DNA of 64,000 nucleotides, from the NCBI GenBank assembly GCA_950097015.1, contig CATNEN010000039.1:9300001-9364000 (forward strand). The letters are read 5' to 3'. Below, piece by piece: positions 13,533-26,859 of the stretch. The notes beneath the pieces were generated by a model. That model was not told the origin of the DNA, searched no databases, and saw nothing but the letters and a program-made list of their open reading frames with translations. Both the position numbers and the translations under genes were made by a program. The DNA comes from Macrostomum hystrix (lineage: Eukaryota > Animalia > Platyhelminthes). Every line of letters starts with the position of its first letter. The stretch's first letter is position 1.

Positions 13533-13659
13533 CCCATCTTCTCATAATCTAAAACCCTAGTTCTACCTTCAGAATTGAAGGTACCAGCTGATAAATAGAC
13601 TATTAAAGCAAACGGTAAAATTGGGGGCATTTTAATGATCGTTCCTTCCACGGTGACTT

Positions 13660-14658
13660 TCATCCTCCAATCGGTGCCACCTGCGGTCTGCAGGGCGGCT
13701 CCGGCGCAGGGCCGGACGAGCGGATCACCAGGCCGAGGCGAGAACAGAACTCCCTTCGGAACAGGCTGGACCGGGCCAGATAAATAAACAAGTTTACCGT
13801 CGAGTTGAACATCTGAGGCAGGCGCATGAAATTGCCGTACCTTGACCTTGTAACCTTCGGCAGCTCGGCCAGGTAGAAGTAGCCAATTCGTGAAGCCACC
13901 TGTGTCAGGGCCAGCAGTCCAGCAATGATGGCAATAGTGATGGCGCTCTCGTGCAGCTCGCCGGATCTGCCTCCACCAGCCTCAGCGTTAATCTTCAAGA
14001 GGTAGAGCACGCGAAACATGCAGAGCAGGCTGAGGATCAGGGCCAAGCAGCTGTAGACAATGGTCGAAGACAGCAGCCACAAGTTGTAGGTGTTGCCATA
14101 GACACCGGAGTTGGTGCACATTGGCGTCATCTCCTCAGGATTGTCGATGGATAGCGGCAGAGCCACGACAGAATCGGCGCACGTGTACAGCCAGCAGGCC
14201 AGCACCACCAGGACGATGCATCGACGCGAGTGCTGAAAATACTTCTGAGGCCATTGCAGTGCGACACACCTGTCGCAGCACAGCGCCAGGGTGAAGATCG
14301 TCGAAGCTACCAGACCGAATGTCATGGGCACAACGTCTGTGAGACACTGCAGCTCCGTGCGCAAGTTTCCCTGACCGACGTAGAAGTCTCGCAATCGTCG
14401 CGCGGTGACATACATGTACGCTCCGCCCACCCAGGCGTCAGCAATGCCCAGATTAGCCATGAGAATATAGTACGATCGGCGTCTCAAGGTTTTAGATGCG
14501 AAACAGCTCACGACAACGAGAATGTTGCAGAGAACGCACGCGGCAGCTGTGAAGAACTGTGAGTAGCTGGCTGGTACGTTTAGTTCGTACAATTCTATGC
14601 TTTCAATGCGGAGTTCCGCATATAGATCGACTTCGGTGTTGTTGGCCATTTTTTGCAT
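13660..14658 (-). CDS. Class A (rhodopsin-like) 7TM GPCR, intronless CDS, orphan
   Basis: 332-aa ORF with seven hydrophobic segments; TM1 N (CNILVV), TM2 NLGIAD, TM3 C..DRC (DRY variant), TM4 W, ECL2 Cys, TM7 NSTVNLFIY, helix 8 FRREF. Confidence 0.9.
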   Translation of the reverse strand: MQKMANNTEVDLYAELRIESIELYELNVPASYSQFFTAAACVLCNILVVVSCFASKTLRRRSYYILMANLGIADAWVGGAYMYVTARRLRDFYVGQGNLRTELQCLTDVVPMTFGLVASTIFTLALCCDRCVALQWPQKYFQHSRRCIVLVVLACWLYTCADSVVALPLSIDNPEEMTPMCTNSGVYGNTYNLWLLSSTIVYSCLALILSLLCMFRVLYLLKINAEAGGGRSGELHESAITIAIIAGLLALTQVASRIGYFYLAELPKVTRSRYGNFMRLPQMFNSTVNLFIYLARSSLFRREFCSRLGLVIRSSGPAPEPPCRPQVAPIGG

Positions 14659-15707
14659 ATGCTTTCACCTGTCCTGCTGCGGCATGTCTTTTTCTTCTTC
14701 TGCTCTCCGTTTTGAATCCCAATCTCGGCAGGAAGTGTCTGGGTGCCCGTTTACAGCGCTGTCCAATAAGAAATCATCTCTCATTTTCCAGCGACGGGTC
14801 AGCAAAACCTCATTCCAAAACAGCTCTGCCGCGCGTGTTATCTCTCCTGTGTCTCACCCCACCGTTGATTCGGCTACCTGTCTCTTTGATTCTCTCTTTG
14901 GCCAGACACACACGAATTTGGGAAATCTTCATATCTGCATGGTGAGTAGAGTGAGTTGATGCATTACTTTATTAAGATTTTATCAGTGAACGGCTCGTCT
15001 TTAAATAATTTCCGTTTATAAACGTTGAAAAATGAATAAAGCTATAATGACTGCATGCAATCAATCCCTTTCAAAGAATCAATGTGGAATTTAAATTTTC
15101 ACAAACTCTTTGGGAACTAAATTTTGATCAAAGTGACTTTCAACTAAAGAAGGAAGTAAAATTGATTTTCACCCGCAAATTAAAACAAAAAAGGAAATAC
15201 GAGTGTAATTAACTGATTCGCTGAACCACCTTCCATCTTTTCGTAGAAAATTCTTGCGTCACTTTTTGTTCGGCAAGGGTCGGGTTAGCGACCGCTTGTG
15301 ATGAACGTACGTTTCGCTAGCCGCAACCCAGCCGCATCACTTTTTAAAATCACTTGTACCACTTGCAAAATCTGTCTTTTCTAATAGATTTTGACTAGAT
15401 TTAATTGTACCACACGTTAAATTATCATAATATTGCTAAATATGTCACTTTTGAAGCCTTCAAATTTCCGGATTTAAAAAAAATCGGTGCGGCTGGCATT
15501 GGGCTGATGACTGGCGCCCTCGCTTCTGACTAGATTCTTGTCCTTAAGGTAACGAGATGCGAACGCGTTAGACCGGCTCTGTCACTCACCACCCTAATTG
15601 AAGGCCGCTAGCTTTCTAGTCTTTGTAAAACGACCGTTCTTTAAAACAGTGTACGTGTACATATGCGGAACTCCGCACTAAATCTAACACGGCAACAGAG
15701 AATTACT

Positions 15708-15880
15708 ATGGCCCAGTGGTTAGAGCTTCTGTAGAATGAGAGGTCGTGAGTTCAACTCTCTTGTCAATGTTTGTGTGATTGAGAAAGACACTTCATTGCC
15801 CGTTGCATCTGATCAACCCATGCGATTGTAAAATATGACTAAGAACTAGCTGCATGGGATAGAAATTCGGGTGGCCCAAG
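15708..15880 (+). mobile_element. Degenerate tRNA-derived SINE
   Basis: A box tggcccagtggttagagc, B box gagttcaactc, CORE-like gagaaagacactt. Confidence 0.55.
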
Positions 15881-16369
15881 TTTATATGGACTCATGGCAG
15901 CTCAATACTTGGCTTTTTGGCTCTTTCATCAAAACGCCTTTTTAATTTTTAGCTTGAACAAAGAGTGAGTGAACAAAAGACTCGGAAAAATTCGATTGGT
16001 GAGTGATTATCTTTTTAAACTCGCCGACTCTAGATTTAAAAATAATGTTTGATTTGATTCTCGTTAACTTACTCACGAGTTGCCTCTGCTTTCAGCGCTG
16101 CCCCGACAGATTCTATCGGTTGGTACTCCTTCTGCCTGACGGCGGAGTCTCCGAAGAGGGGGGGAGCACGTACTGACTTCGACCACAAGCGCCTAAATCT
16201 AGACCACCCTTGTCAGCGGCGCACTCTCAAGACGCGTAGCGCCGAAAGCTACCTAACTAAACAAGCGGAGTGTGGTCGGGGCGGGGCGGGACAAAACAAA
16301 AAGTGGACTTGCTTGCACATGCTAGCTCTCACGTAGTGAGGCAGATTGCGGAGCGTGCAAAAACACGCT

Positions 16370-16550
16370 TTCTTTTATAGGATTTTTTAACCCCAAATTA
16401 GATCGATCGGCGAGGTGGATGCCCGACTGTAGCTTTAGCCAAGGTGACAAATCATAGTACACCCGCGGCCGCCGTCCTGAGCCCCGGGGTGGCTAATTCT
16501 TGCCGAGGGTAGACAGAGTGAGGCTGGGTCACTCGCTGATTGGCCGAGAC
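16370..16550 (-). promoter_or_regulatory. Putative promoter of the GPCR (TATA plus CCAAT), possibly bidirectional with HSPBAP1
   Basis: Minus-strand CCTATAAAAG (16372-16381) and GGCCAATCAGC (16535-16545). Downstream lie a GC-rich putative non-coding exon ending at a GTGAGT/GTAAGT donor (~16072-16076) and an acceptor near 14935 upstream of the GPCR ATG. Confidence 0.4.
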
Positions 16551-18233
16551 TGAAGCCCAGGGGTAGCGCTCGTGGGGTGGTGGCGTCGACTCCCCGGCTT
16601 TCCAGCCCGGCTCGGCGTGAGTGAGTCTCAGCTAAAAAACACTCGTCTAAAAATAATTTACGTGACAACTGACAAATAACTCTGAATAATAAATAACATG
16701 GGGGTACAGAATTAGGACTAAGAAAGCTGACACTTCGAAGAAAAACAACTTCGAAGAAAAACAACTTCGAATGTAATCATGCAATAAAGGTCTAATCGAC
16801 CAGAATTTATATTATTATATATCATATATCTAAATATTATATGTAGTAAATCCATGTTGCAATGATCTATAATAAGAACGCCGTCGCGCAGTACAACAAA
16901 AGCTAACAGAAATTAGGCTTATTTATAATCCTAATACAAATAATTCAAATAAAGACTGTGTTTTAAAAAAAATACAAGAAATTAATCGGGCTTTTTCCCA
17001 TTTAAAGGTTTCCTATGAAAAAAGCAAGTAATTTTTTTTTAATTCAAGATTTTTGCTTGAAAATATGTCCACGTGCAGAGCATGCTGTGCAGCAATAGTC
17101 ATCTTAATCATCACAACAGTAACAATCGCTGAGTTATAAATCATTTAGATGACCACCTGTTCTTACGAAAGTATAAACCGTTATTAAAATTGTGACCATA
17201 TTTTCTGTCTAAATAATTAACTTAACGTTTTAGAGCCTAAAGTCTTCATTCATAGTGTTTTTAATCAAAATTTCTACATTTTTCATTTCTAGCATAGGCC
17301 CCCCCTTAATGTCATAAAATCACAGTGAAGTGTCAAGAATCGAAATAAAGTTTAATTCTTAAGTTAGCTATTTCCTTGTGCGAAGCGCACTTAGTATTTT
17401 CTGCCCATAAAGTATATGTAAAATAAAATATATTTATGTTCATGAGCCTGCACTGAGGTTCCAGGTTAGGCATTAATAGCTAGAAGATGTGTATATCAGA
17501 TTCTTATTGTATTGATTAATATTTTCCTATGAGATAAAATATGGGACTAAAATAGTCATTATCATCTCTACATATAGGTTTTATGTAGCATAGCTATATA
17601 TAAATATGTAGGTTTTTCATCATGGAACCTCTCACTTGGCCTATCTATGATAGTTATAACTATAACATGATAACTTTTTAATTAAATTAGTTATAGCTAG
17701 CTAAATATCCCACAATTAAACTCGACCACCTATCATAGCTTTGTACATTTTGCAAGTGTTAAATGACTTGGCTAGCTGAAGACATAAAAGCTAGTCATGT
17801 GACTAATTTGATTGCTTGCTTAAGATAAAACTGTTATTAAAAACAGTCCAGTAGGTCAATTTAATTAACTAAATTGCCTTAGCTACTCAAATCTAGCTAC
17901 ATGGATCATAGAAAGAGAACAAAGTTTATTCAAATGACTTACGTGTAATTTTCAAAATACTGATAGTCTTAAAAAATATATTTTCAGCTGAATGACTAGT
18001 GTTCCTATTTAAGGTACTTCTGAAATTTTTTTTGGGTTGAATTGTGCAGCTAACTAGGGGGTTGGTAAAGTAAAAGCTGTTGCAACCGAGTAATGGCAGA
18101 TTTTTCCTCATTTCATTACAATTCTTAAATTATTTTCGAACTTTCTAATGAAATCCTTATTCATAGGAAATGTACACATTTAAATTATTTTTATTCATAA
18201 TTCTTTTTAACATAAGAAGCGCGTTCTTGGCAG

Positions 18234-19803
18234 GCAACGGCAAGCAAACAAAAAAGACACGCCTTGCACCAGGCACCTTTTCTGCATTTATTTGATCAGA
18301 CGGCTCATGGCTACAGCCGCCCAGCACTACTGCATTCTCCATCAGCTGTTTGTCAGCTGACAGAAGCTGAACTGCTCTTTGGGGCAGAGTTTGCTCACAT
18401 GCGTCTGCCATTTCAAGTTGGCAAAGATTGTGACAATCTCGATGGTCCAGAATGCGAACGGCCAGTGAAGCAAATGACCATGGCTGAGTTTGCTGATAGC
18501 TTAAAGGCAAAGTCCAAGTCTTCAGACAGCAGCTGGATGTATGCGTCTTATGTGTACTTGGACCCGGCAACTGCGCCGCCGGATTCCCAGCTGGAGCTCA
18601 TCCGCAATCGCTTGAATTGGTCCAGCCTCGGCTTCGATCGGAGCCTCGCCGCTGACGCCAGCACCCTGTGGATTGGCGGGCCCGGGTCGCGAACCAATTT
18701 GCACTATGACACCTACGGTTATAATATTGTTTGTCAGGTTTGTAGCACGAGCTAAGATACAAAATATTTCCTTAATTTAAGATTAAAGTTTTTAGGATAA
18801 ACTTTTTTATAAACTACTGCAAAGCCTAATCTGTCTGAAGGTGTTCGGTAGCAAGCGCTGGACCCTCTACCCACCGGAGTCAAGCCATCTGCTCCAACCA
18901 ACCCGCCTGCCGTTCGAAGAGTCCACCATCTTCTCCCGTCTGTCATCAGCTGTCCCCTTAGCGAAGGCCATTCCGCACTCAGTCACTCTGAGTCCTGGCG
19001 ACCTGCTGTTCGTGCCCCGGCACTGGTGGCACCGAGTTGAATCGATGGGCGAAGGCGCCAGCTGCTCTGTCAACCTGTGGGTGCCACTGCCACGGCTGGA
19101 CGCGGCGGCCAGGCTCCAGGAATCCTTGGCCAGCCTGATGGTCAGGCTTGTGGGCTCCGCGCCAGCCGTGGTCAGTCTTGTCACCGATGCCGCTCAACGC
19201 GACAGAGGCGGCGGATCAGCAGCAGAAGCCTGGCGTTGTCGAGACGAGAACAATCGATGGCGATGGAGACCATTGTCTGACAGCGACAGTGTACGCAGCT
19301 GGGGAGCAAAACAGCTCATTGGGGAGCTGGAGACTGCGGCGGCTGCGGCCACGGCTGCTGTCCAGGCTGAGGAGTTGTCTGGTAGCGAAGCGAGCGGCGG
19401 GAATGGACGACAGATAAACTGCGACTGCCGTCTGTGCTTTCAGGCTAAGGATGAGGTGCGACCACTAAGAGATTAGACTCAGAAAACTCTTGTGTATTTT
19501 CCGTACTGACGGATGCTCTAGTGTCCAAAGCAACAATATAAAAACACACTTTTCTGTTCGCTTTTGTTGCAGTCTATCGCTGCTCAGGTAGTCAATGAGT
19601 TTATCTCGAGCTCCGCAGTTTGCATAGTTCCGCTCTGTCCGGATCAATTGCCTTCGACTCAGCTCGCTCCTCCGACAGAGCCGACGTCCTCTGGAAGATG
19701 TCCGGATGGCATTCTCGCTGCCCTGTTAGACGCAGTGTGCGATGCGGAAGTACTGGAGGTTCTCGCTGACAAGTTCACGCTTGCGCTTGGCAGGAATGAT
19801 TGA
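18234..19803 (+). CDS. HSPBAP1: HSPB1-associated protein 1-like JmjC (cupin-8) oxygenase
   Basis: WMYASYVY, STLWIGGPGSRTNLHYDTYGYNIVCQVFGSKRWTLYPP, PTRLPFEESTIFS, TLSPGDLLFVPRHWWHRVES (HxD...H Fe ligands). Exons ~18234-18737, 18841-19454, 19573-19803. No ATG seen at the 5' end of the first exon. Confidence 0.85.
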
Positions 19804-21465
19804 CGTGATTTGAGCGTTTGTAATGTCACGCGAATGCAACTTTCATTTATTGTCTGTGTTTATATGTTAACCTTAATAGGCGGATTTGCGGTACACTTAG
19901 AAAACTATATTGCTAACTCAACTGAACTCTAGCATTACAAATTTCTCACATGTTTTTGCTTTACATATTAACACAATGATGACAGCTATGCTGCGTCGAT
20001 AATTACGCAGTACTTTATTCTGTTCCTCCAGAATTCTTACTTTAAAGAAATGACTAAGGCATTTTTTAAGTTCCGATTAAATTAGCATATTGTTTATTTT
20101 AGACAAATCAAAACTACTAATTTAGACTGATACACAGAAGCAGAAATATATTTTTTGTTGCATTGTGCGATCTAGATTTATTTAGAAAATCGGAGTCTAA
20201 AGCTTTATTACGCCAAAATTACGCCAAACAACTTTCATTATGCCAAATTACACATGCTATATAAAGTAAATATTATGCATTAAAGTGTACCACTGGGTGA
20301 AAAATATAACAATATTTTTTAATGAAAAGTTTTAACGTATTATTGAGCATCTAAGTCGACTATAACAAATTCTAAAAAGCAAAAACGAAAATTTATCGAG
20401 TTTTGTGTTTATGAATGCTATAAAAAGGATGGATAAAAAATTCAGTGTGTGAGTAATGTTTACAACCCATTTTTCGCGGCATAGCTTTTTTTATACTGAC
20501 CCAGCTAGTTTTTTTTTGAGAAACGCAAGGTTTAGACTCGAGACTGCTTTTTCGATGTATATTGCTCACAAAAAAATTCAATCGCATCTCAGATCTCAAA
20601 TTGAATTGGCCAAGTCTAAAAACAGCTATAACCATAAATTAAAAAAATTTTCTAGTGCAGCTGTACTAATACGGTAAGTTACTATTCTATAAGCATATGA
20701 TATAAAAAATACGACATTTAGGCATAATATTAAGAATAGCTAAATCTATTATCAAAGCATCAAAAAGTTTTTATAGTAGATAACGAATCTTTTATTTATA
20801 GTAAATTAAAAATGAATTTTTAAATAAAAAAGTACATGTAGATATCCAATAACCACAGTGACCAATAATTATGTGGGCAACGTAGTGGAGCTAATTAAAA
20901 TAACAAAACTATTCTACACCTGGTAAAAGTACACTGATTGATAAAGTTTAGAATGATTTTATTTAAATAAACAAAAAACTATATAGCTCGTATATTATGC
21001 GTGGACGCCTGTTAAGCATAATTTGATTTTTTAAGTAAACATATTCTCTTATCAATACACGCTAAACCCTACGTATACCCCCACAGACTACTGTGTGAAG
21101 TAAATAAAATTTCAACTAAAATACGCTTGACAAGGAAATGAAGGTAGATTTGACCAGAAGTGAAACACAATTTTTAAAGAAATTTTGCTAGTAAGGAGAG
21201 CCACAGAAAAAATTGCCCATGATTACGCAGTTATTTAATTAGTAAATTATAAGCTAAATGCTTAAGATAAATATTAAATTTTCTCGTACTATAGAATAGA
21301 ATGTCCTGTTCGTTGGTTGGCTAGCTTTTGACCTACTTCTATGCCTTAAGAACCGGCCAAATCTAGGATATCTACTAATCGGAGAGTTTTTGTGTCTCGC
21401 AGTAAAATGTAATTTATATGCTGTCATTTACTGTTATCCTGCACGGATCACCAATAATGCTCTGC

Positions 21466-24400
21466 TTAATAGCCATAACCTCCGCTCTTGTACTGAGCAC
21501 CAGGCTGTTGGGCCATGCCATACTGCTGCTGCTGCTGCTGCTGCACGCGAGGCGTAGCGCTATAGATTTCCGAGGCCTGTTGCTGCTGCTGCTGCTGCTG
21601 CTGTTGCTGAGTTGTCGGATTGTAGGGCACGTGTAGCGGGCTTCTCCCCGTGTTGCCTATGTTAAATAATGGCATAACAGTCATGATATAAGCAATTCTG
21701 CCCATTCCACTGACTCTTTAACACACCACACTAATACTGTACGCAGACACCATACACAGGGTGCACCCACCCCAGCTCTAAATGGAAACTTTTAGATTGC
21801 ACCAACGTTCTGTCGACGTTACAGTCAGCCGACCTGAAAGTTTGATTCCCAACTAACCGCGTCGTCTCCATGGTCATGTATTTATGAGCTACAACTAGCT
21901 TCTACTGTCCCCAAAAATATGTCGATACCCAGCGTTCATTTTAAGTTGTATATACGGTACAAGCAAACGCTAGCCTGCGCACCCTGCATGGCCTCCATGT
22001 TAAGCCGGCTGCTGGAGTTCTCCCTGTGCTGAGCCAGCGGTACACCGTGCGGCGCCAAGAAGGCGGAGTCGCCTGCGGCCAGGTACTGCTGCGGCTCCTC
22101 GTCACGGTCATTGGCCTCCATGGCGCTGGGTGGCATGCCCTGCAGCTTGGTCTCGCGCCAGTAGAAGTTCAGTGCGGCAAACAGCAGCATGACTATGGTG
22201 CTGGCGAACCCGTAGGATCGCAGCATGCTGTCCGAGCCTGCGGGTTCCGGTTTGATAGACGAGGATCGATAAGTATTGCAAGGGCTTGACACCTAGCTGT
22301 GCATGAGGGCCACGTGGGCAAGCTAGCTCATCATTTGGTGACACTAGACCCTCAGTCAGGATGGTCTCACAGGTAGGCACACAGGGGGTGTGTACACCTG
22401 CCCTGACTTTCTCATAGTCAGGCAGTGTGCGCTCTTACTGTGCATTTGAGGTTCGCTCTCAAGGGCGCAGATTGCACGAAAAGCCCCCCAAGCCTTCTCT
22501 CAGTGACTGCGCCAAAAATGAATGCGGCCTCGCCGGGGAATCAAGCTCAGGGACCTTGGTGCCTGCCATTTGGCCCTGTTGTTTGAATTTGTGAGTTAGA
22601 CCTTTGAATAAGCTGGTGTAAATTTCTGATACCAGTTCACTTAAAATAGCGAATAGGTATCAGAAAATTATACCTGATTCTGCAGGCCGTGAATTGTCTG
22701 TAGAGTTAGGGGCATTGCAGCCTTTAGCGGATCAAAAGAGATCACTCTGCGAACGTACTCATTTTAAGCATTCGTTCTACATGGTCCCTCTTGCGGCCTT
22801 TTACCTTCGGCCTTTTACCTTCGATTATGATTCAAGGTTGAGCCAGCTCACCGTACTGCACTGTCACCAGACCGCCGAAGATGGCACCGAGTCCGCGGCC
22901 CAGGCCATGGTGAACGCCCTGCAGGAGGCCCTGAGAGGCCGGCCGGGCTTCAACAGGGATGTTCTGCGAGATGTAGGAGCATACCGCAGCCCAGGTGGCG
23001 GCGTGGGTCAGGCCCTGCAAGAATTCGAAGGGCAGCACCCACCAAGCCCGGTCGACAAACGAGACGAACAGGAAGCGGCCGATGTTGGCAAGAAGGCCGA
23101 GGTACAGGACACGGATGTGGCCTGCGAGAATGATCGGTTATTTAGAGTTTAGAGCTCTAAAAAGAGGACGGTAAAAGATGAAGCGGCAGGCTCACCGAGT
23201 GAGTTGATGAGCTTGTCAGAGTGCATGTAGGCCAGCAGCTCGGAGATGTGGTTCACGATGGAGGCCACGCCGAACAAGGTGGGGCCGCCGCCGATGTCCT
23301 GCAGGTGCCAGAACAGCAGGGAGAACACGATGCCGTTGCCGATGCCCATGAAGAAGGTGACGAAGAGAAAGGCGCCCAGACGCGGGTTCAGGTAGAGAGG
23401 CAGGACGCGAAGCCACGTGCGAAATTGCCAGGTAGCGCCTTCAACACTGTAGGGATTCTGCTGCTGCTGCTGCTGTTGTTGATCCCCACCATACGGCTGT
23501 TGATGCTGCAGGCCGTGAATGCCCAGCTGCTGTTCCAGAATCTGCTCGTCCGTGCCTTTCACTGGCTCGTTATCAGCTTCCTGTGGATGTCATCGTATTT
23601 TACGATTTACCAACCTGAGGTTTACGAAGCTGAAGGTTTAACAACCTGAAGTTTAGCAAGCTGAGGTTTACCAACCTGAGGTTTACCAAGCTGAGGTTTA
23701 CCAACCTGAGGTTTACCAAGCTGAGGTTTACCAACCTGAGGTTTACCAAGCTGAGTTTTTCTAACCTGAGGTTTACCGGCCTACCCGCTGCCACAATCAC
23801 CTCGTGCATGTTGCCGTCTTCATCCAGACGGCCCCGATCCTTCATTGTGCGGCCTCGATTGATGACCGAGTCGCGGAATTTGTCTTTCACCACCTTCAGG
23901 TACATCTGCTCCGAACCGGCGCTACCGGGAAGGTCATTGTCGAATCTATGAGCAGTTTATGGAGGTCTTCAATTAGTTAGAGCTATTCTAAATTAAAAAT
24001 TATGGACCATAAATATTGAACTAATGTAATAATTGCTATTTTTGCATGGGATGCATTGTCCGTTGTTATGAGAGACACCAATATTGTAATGATTTTTTAG
24101 GTTCAGGAATCCATGGAAGGGTTAGACTCTCTGGCTGCCATGTGCACTTGGTGTTAAAATCTATGGTTGCCTGCGTGCACTTGGTGTTACAATCTATGGC
24201 TGCTCGAGTGCACTTGGTGTTAAAATCTATGGTTGCCCAGGTGCACTTGGTGTTAAAATCTATGACTGCCCGTCGGCACGCCGGGTTTACCCACTTGAAC
24301 TGCGTGCTGACAGCCAGCGCGAACAGCATGAACAATGTAAACGTGGCGAAGCACATAATGTAATTTTTCTCTCGCTCGGCCGGAAACCGGCACGGATGCC

Positions 24401-25238
24401 GGAAGAAAGTGGTGCTCATATCTAGGCCGATGCCAACTATGAACATGGCGATGCCCCAGCCGATGCTGCCGAACATCCTCTGCCGGCCGTAGTTCTCCGA
24501 CTTGCCCTCGATGGCGGCCTGGGTGGCCATGTCAGCCAGGGTGTTGGCCGGCGCCGAGGTGAACTCGCCGATCATCATCAGGAACAGGATGATGATGAAG
24601 GCCTTGCTGATCTCGGCGGTGGTGTAGACCACGGTGGAGTATCGCGGCATGGCTAGTCCAGGCCAGCCCGCCTTGTCCAGCATGATGGGATTCTCGCCCA
24701 GCATCTCGGACCAGCGCTCGTGCGGATTTTTAATCAATCGTTTTCGCTGACGCAGAGCGGTGTCGAAATCTCCTGCGACGACAACCTCGGTGGAGCGATT
24801 GATCTCGGACACGTCAGACTCGACCAGGCAGCCAAGAGGCACCGGGTTGACCAGGGCGATGGCAACGGTGAAGATCAGCCAGCAAGCGGTGGACATGATG
24901 AGGATCAGGCGACACTTGCGCCACTTTTCGGCTAGGCCAGTCCAGAAGGGCGCGGCAAAGAACTGGATGAGCGGCCGGATGCCGATGAGGGTGCCCGCCT
25001 GGGCGGCGTTCATGCCCAGCTGTTTGAAGTAGACGGCCATCAGTGGATAGACAGAGCCGAAAGCAGCGAAGAAGAAGAAATAGAATAGCTTGTAGATGTT
25101 CAAAGACCTGTCGAAGTAGCCGCCAAGGAAGTGGAGAAATTCGTTGGCCCGCTGGCCGCGGTTCTGGCCCTCAGCTGGCGCCGACTTTGGCAGAGGTACC
25201 TCGTGCGGCAGTGGCTCGTCTGTGGGAACTGGCTGCAT
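21466..25238 (-). CDS. MFSD6: Major facilitator superfamily transporter, MFSD6-like
   Basis: KLFYFFFFAAFGSVYPLMAVYFKQLGM, YGRQRMFGSIGWG, LFWHLQDIGGGPTLFGVASIVNHISE, LPFEFLQGLTHAATWAA, QGLLQGVHHGLGRG, LAPHGVP. Exons 25238-24295, 23945-23801, 23580-23196, 23121-22852, 22237-21983, 21656-21466 (phase-consistent). Confidence 0.9.
22290..22562 (-). mobile_element. SINE family B in an MFSD6 intron
   Basis: Reverse-complement match to the family B body. Confidence 0.7.
23605..23778. repeat. 15-bp tandem repeat (CTGAGGTTTACCAA[C/G]) in an MFSD6 intron
   Basis: Directly visible, ~11 units. Confidence 0.9.
24140..24270. repeat. 33-bp tandem repeat x4 (GTGCACTTGGTGTTAAAATCTATGG...) in an MFSD6 intron
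   Basis: Directly visible next to the donor site. Confidence 0.85.
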
Positions 25239-26314
25239 GCTGCCGCGGCGCGTAGTGTCCGAAATGCGCGAACAGATTCAGGCGCTGTCGTGGAGGCAAG
25301 TGAGAGGAAACTTCTTTAAGAAGCCGGTCAAGAAATAAGGGAAGTTTGACGAGCGGGAATTTTTGCAAGATCGCGGGCTATAGGCAGAGCTTGGCGCGTT
25401 CTCTCTGTATGAGATATTGATTTCGCGAGAGAGGAGGAACAGGGCTGCGGGGTACGACGGGAGAGAAGACGGAAGAGGACGCTGTAAAGAATTGGGAAGA
25501 AAAACTTTTCAGGGAAAATAGACGGGCAGATCTGGGGGAATGAACCTTAGACTCTCTTTCCCCTTTGCTCCACCCAGGCCTGCAGAGGCAGGGGTGTCCA
25601 TTGGCCCCGTTTGGCCCCCCAGTCTCCCGGGCATCTTCGTTCTCCGTCATCCGCGCTCACATTTCTTACCCCCTATCTCTCTCCCTCCATGCTCTGAGCA
25701 GGACGCGGGAATGTACCCGTTCTCACTCCGGGCCTCTCAGCTGAACCCTCTCCCCTGCCGCTCCCCCACCAAATCGACTCGGGACGACGGCTGCGATGAA
25801 GACTGCGGCCTCCACTTCATCCGGAAGCTGCAGCACGGAGAGCACAGAGAAGCCTTAGCTAGAAAAGGAAGGCAGCTGCAGTAGACGTCAGTCCTTTTCC
25901 GCTGAGACGCAATATAAAAAGTGGGAGGCGGGCATGTCCTTCTGAACAGCAGGGCGCATGCATATAGATTAGCAAATAAGTAGATGTGGCCCGTATCGTA
26001 TCTCTTTCGCGAGTCTTGTCCGACGTACGAATACACCCCTTCCCACAGAAGTTGCGTGCCGGGAGGGAAGCAAGACAGAGAATAGAAAATCGCTATCAAG
26101 AGGCTTAGCACTCTCATATGCTCCGGGCTGACAGGGTTTCGAGCAGATGCGTGCCTTCTGATCATTTTCGACTCCTGCTGCATGAATGTAATTTTGTCAT
26201 CAAACAAAAGCTGTCCGCAGTAATTAGCTTGCAGTTTTCACTTCGAAGATGAGACAAAAAATATTATGGCTTACGTCACTTTCAAAGCAATAATTTATTA
26301 ATAATTAATTATTG

Positions 26315-26570
26315 ATTACACCAGCCCCAATTGGGCCAGATGTGCAGCCGACAGCACAGCCGCAGCTATTGCGCGGCGCATCTGAAGGCTGCGTACGGCT
26401 GTTCAGTCCATGGACTGGGGGGACGCCACACCCACCCTCAATTATCCCAGCTGATGCTGGTTCCCATTTAACATCCGGGTGAACTGAAGCAATGCAGAGT
26501 TAAGAGTCTTAGCTAAAAAACCCAAATTGTTTCGGTGGAGTCGAGAATCGAACCCCCGACCTTCAAGACA
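26315..26570 (-). mobile_element. CORE-like SINE family A
   Basis: gaatcgaacccccgacc head, cccattt..gggtgaactgaagcaatgcagagttaag CORE-like block, family A body. Confidence 0.8.
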
Positions 26571-26859
26571 AGAATGGGAATGGTGAGAAGTACACCAAAA
26601 TTGATAAACGAGTATATTAACATACGAATTACAATGCAGACAAGCCCTTGTATATAAGCAACGGCTAACGCACGAGTACAGTCTTTTGACAACTCGCATT
26701 AGCTATCAGTATCACGTTAGCGTGCGAAATTTTATAAAAAATCGATTACTTGCTTTTCTTATTCCCGAAAGACCATTGTACCATGTACGTAAGTAGATAT
26801 TTAATATTCTTATTTAAAGTTTTTAATGAAAACTAACAAGCGATTGGGTGAATGGCAAA

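Noticed and set aside
16400-16630. Possible RNase MRP/P, SRP or telomerase RNA
   Set aside because: CGGGGCTCA is present but the complementary GAAAGTCCCCG (P4) is not; no SRP Alu motif or CTAACCCTAA template seen
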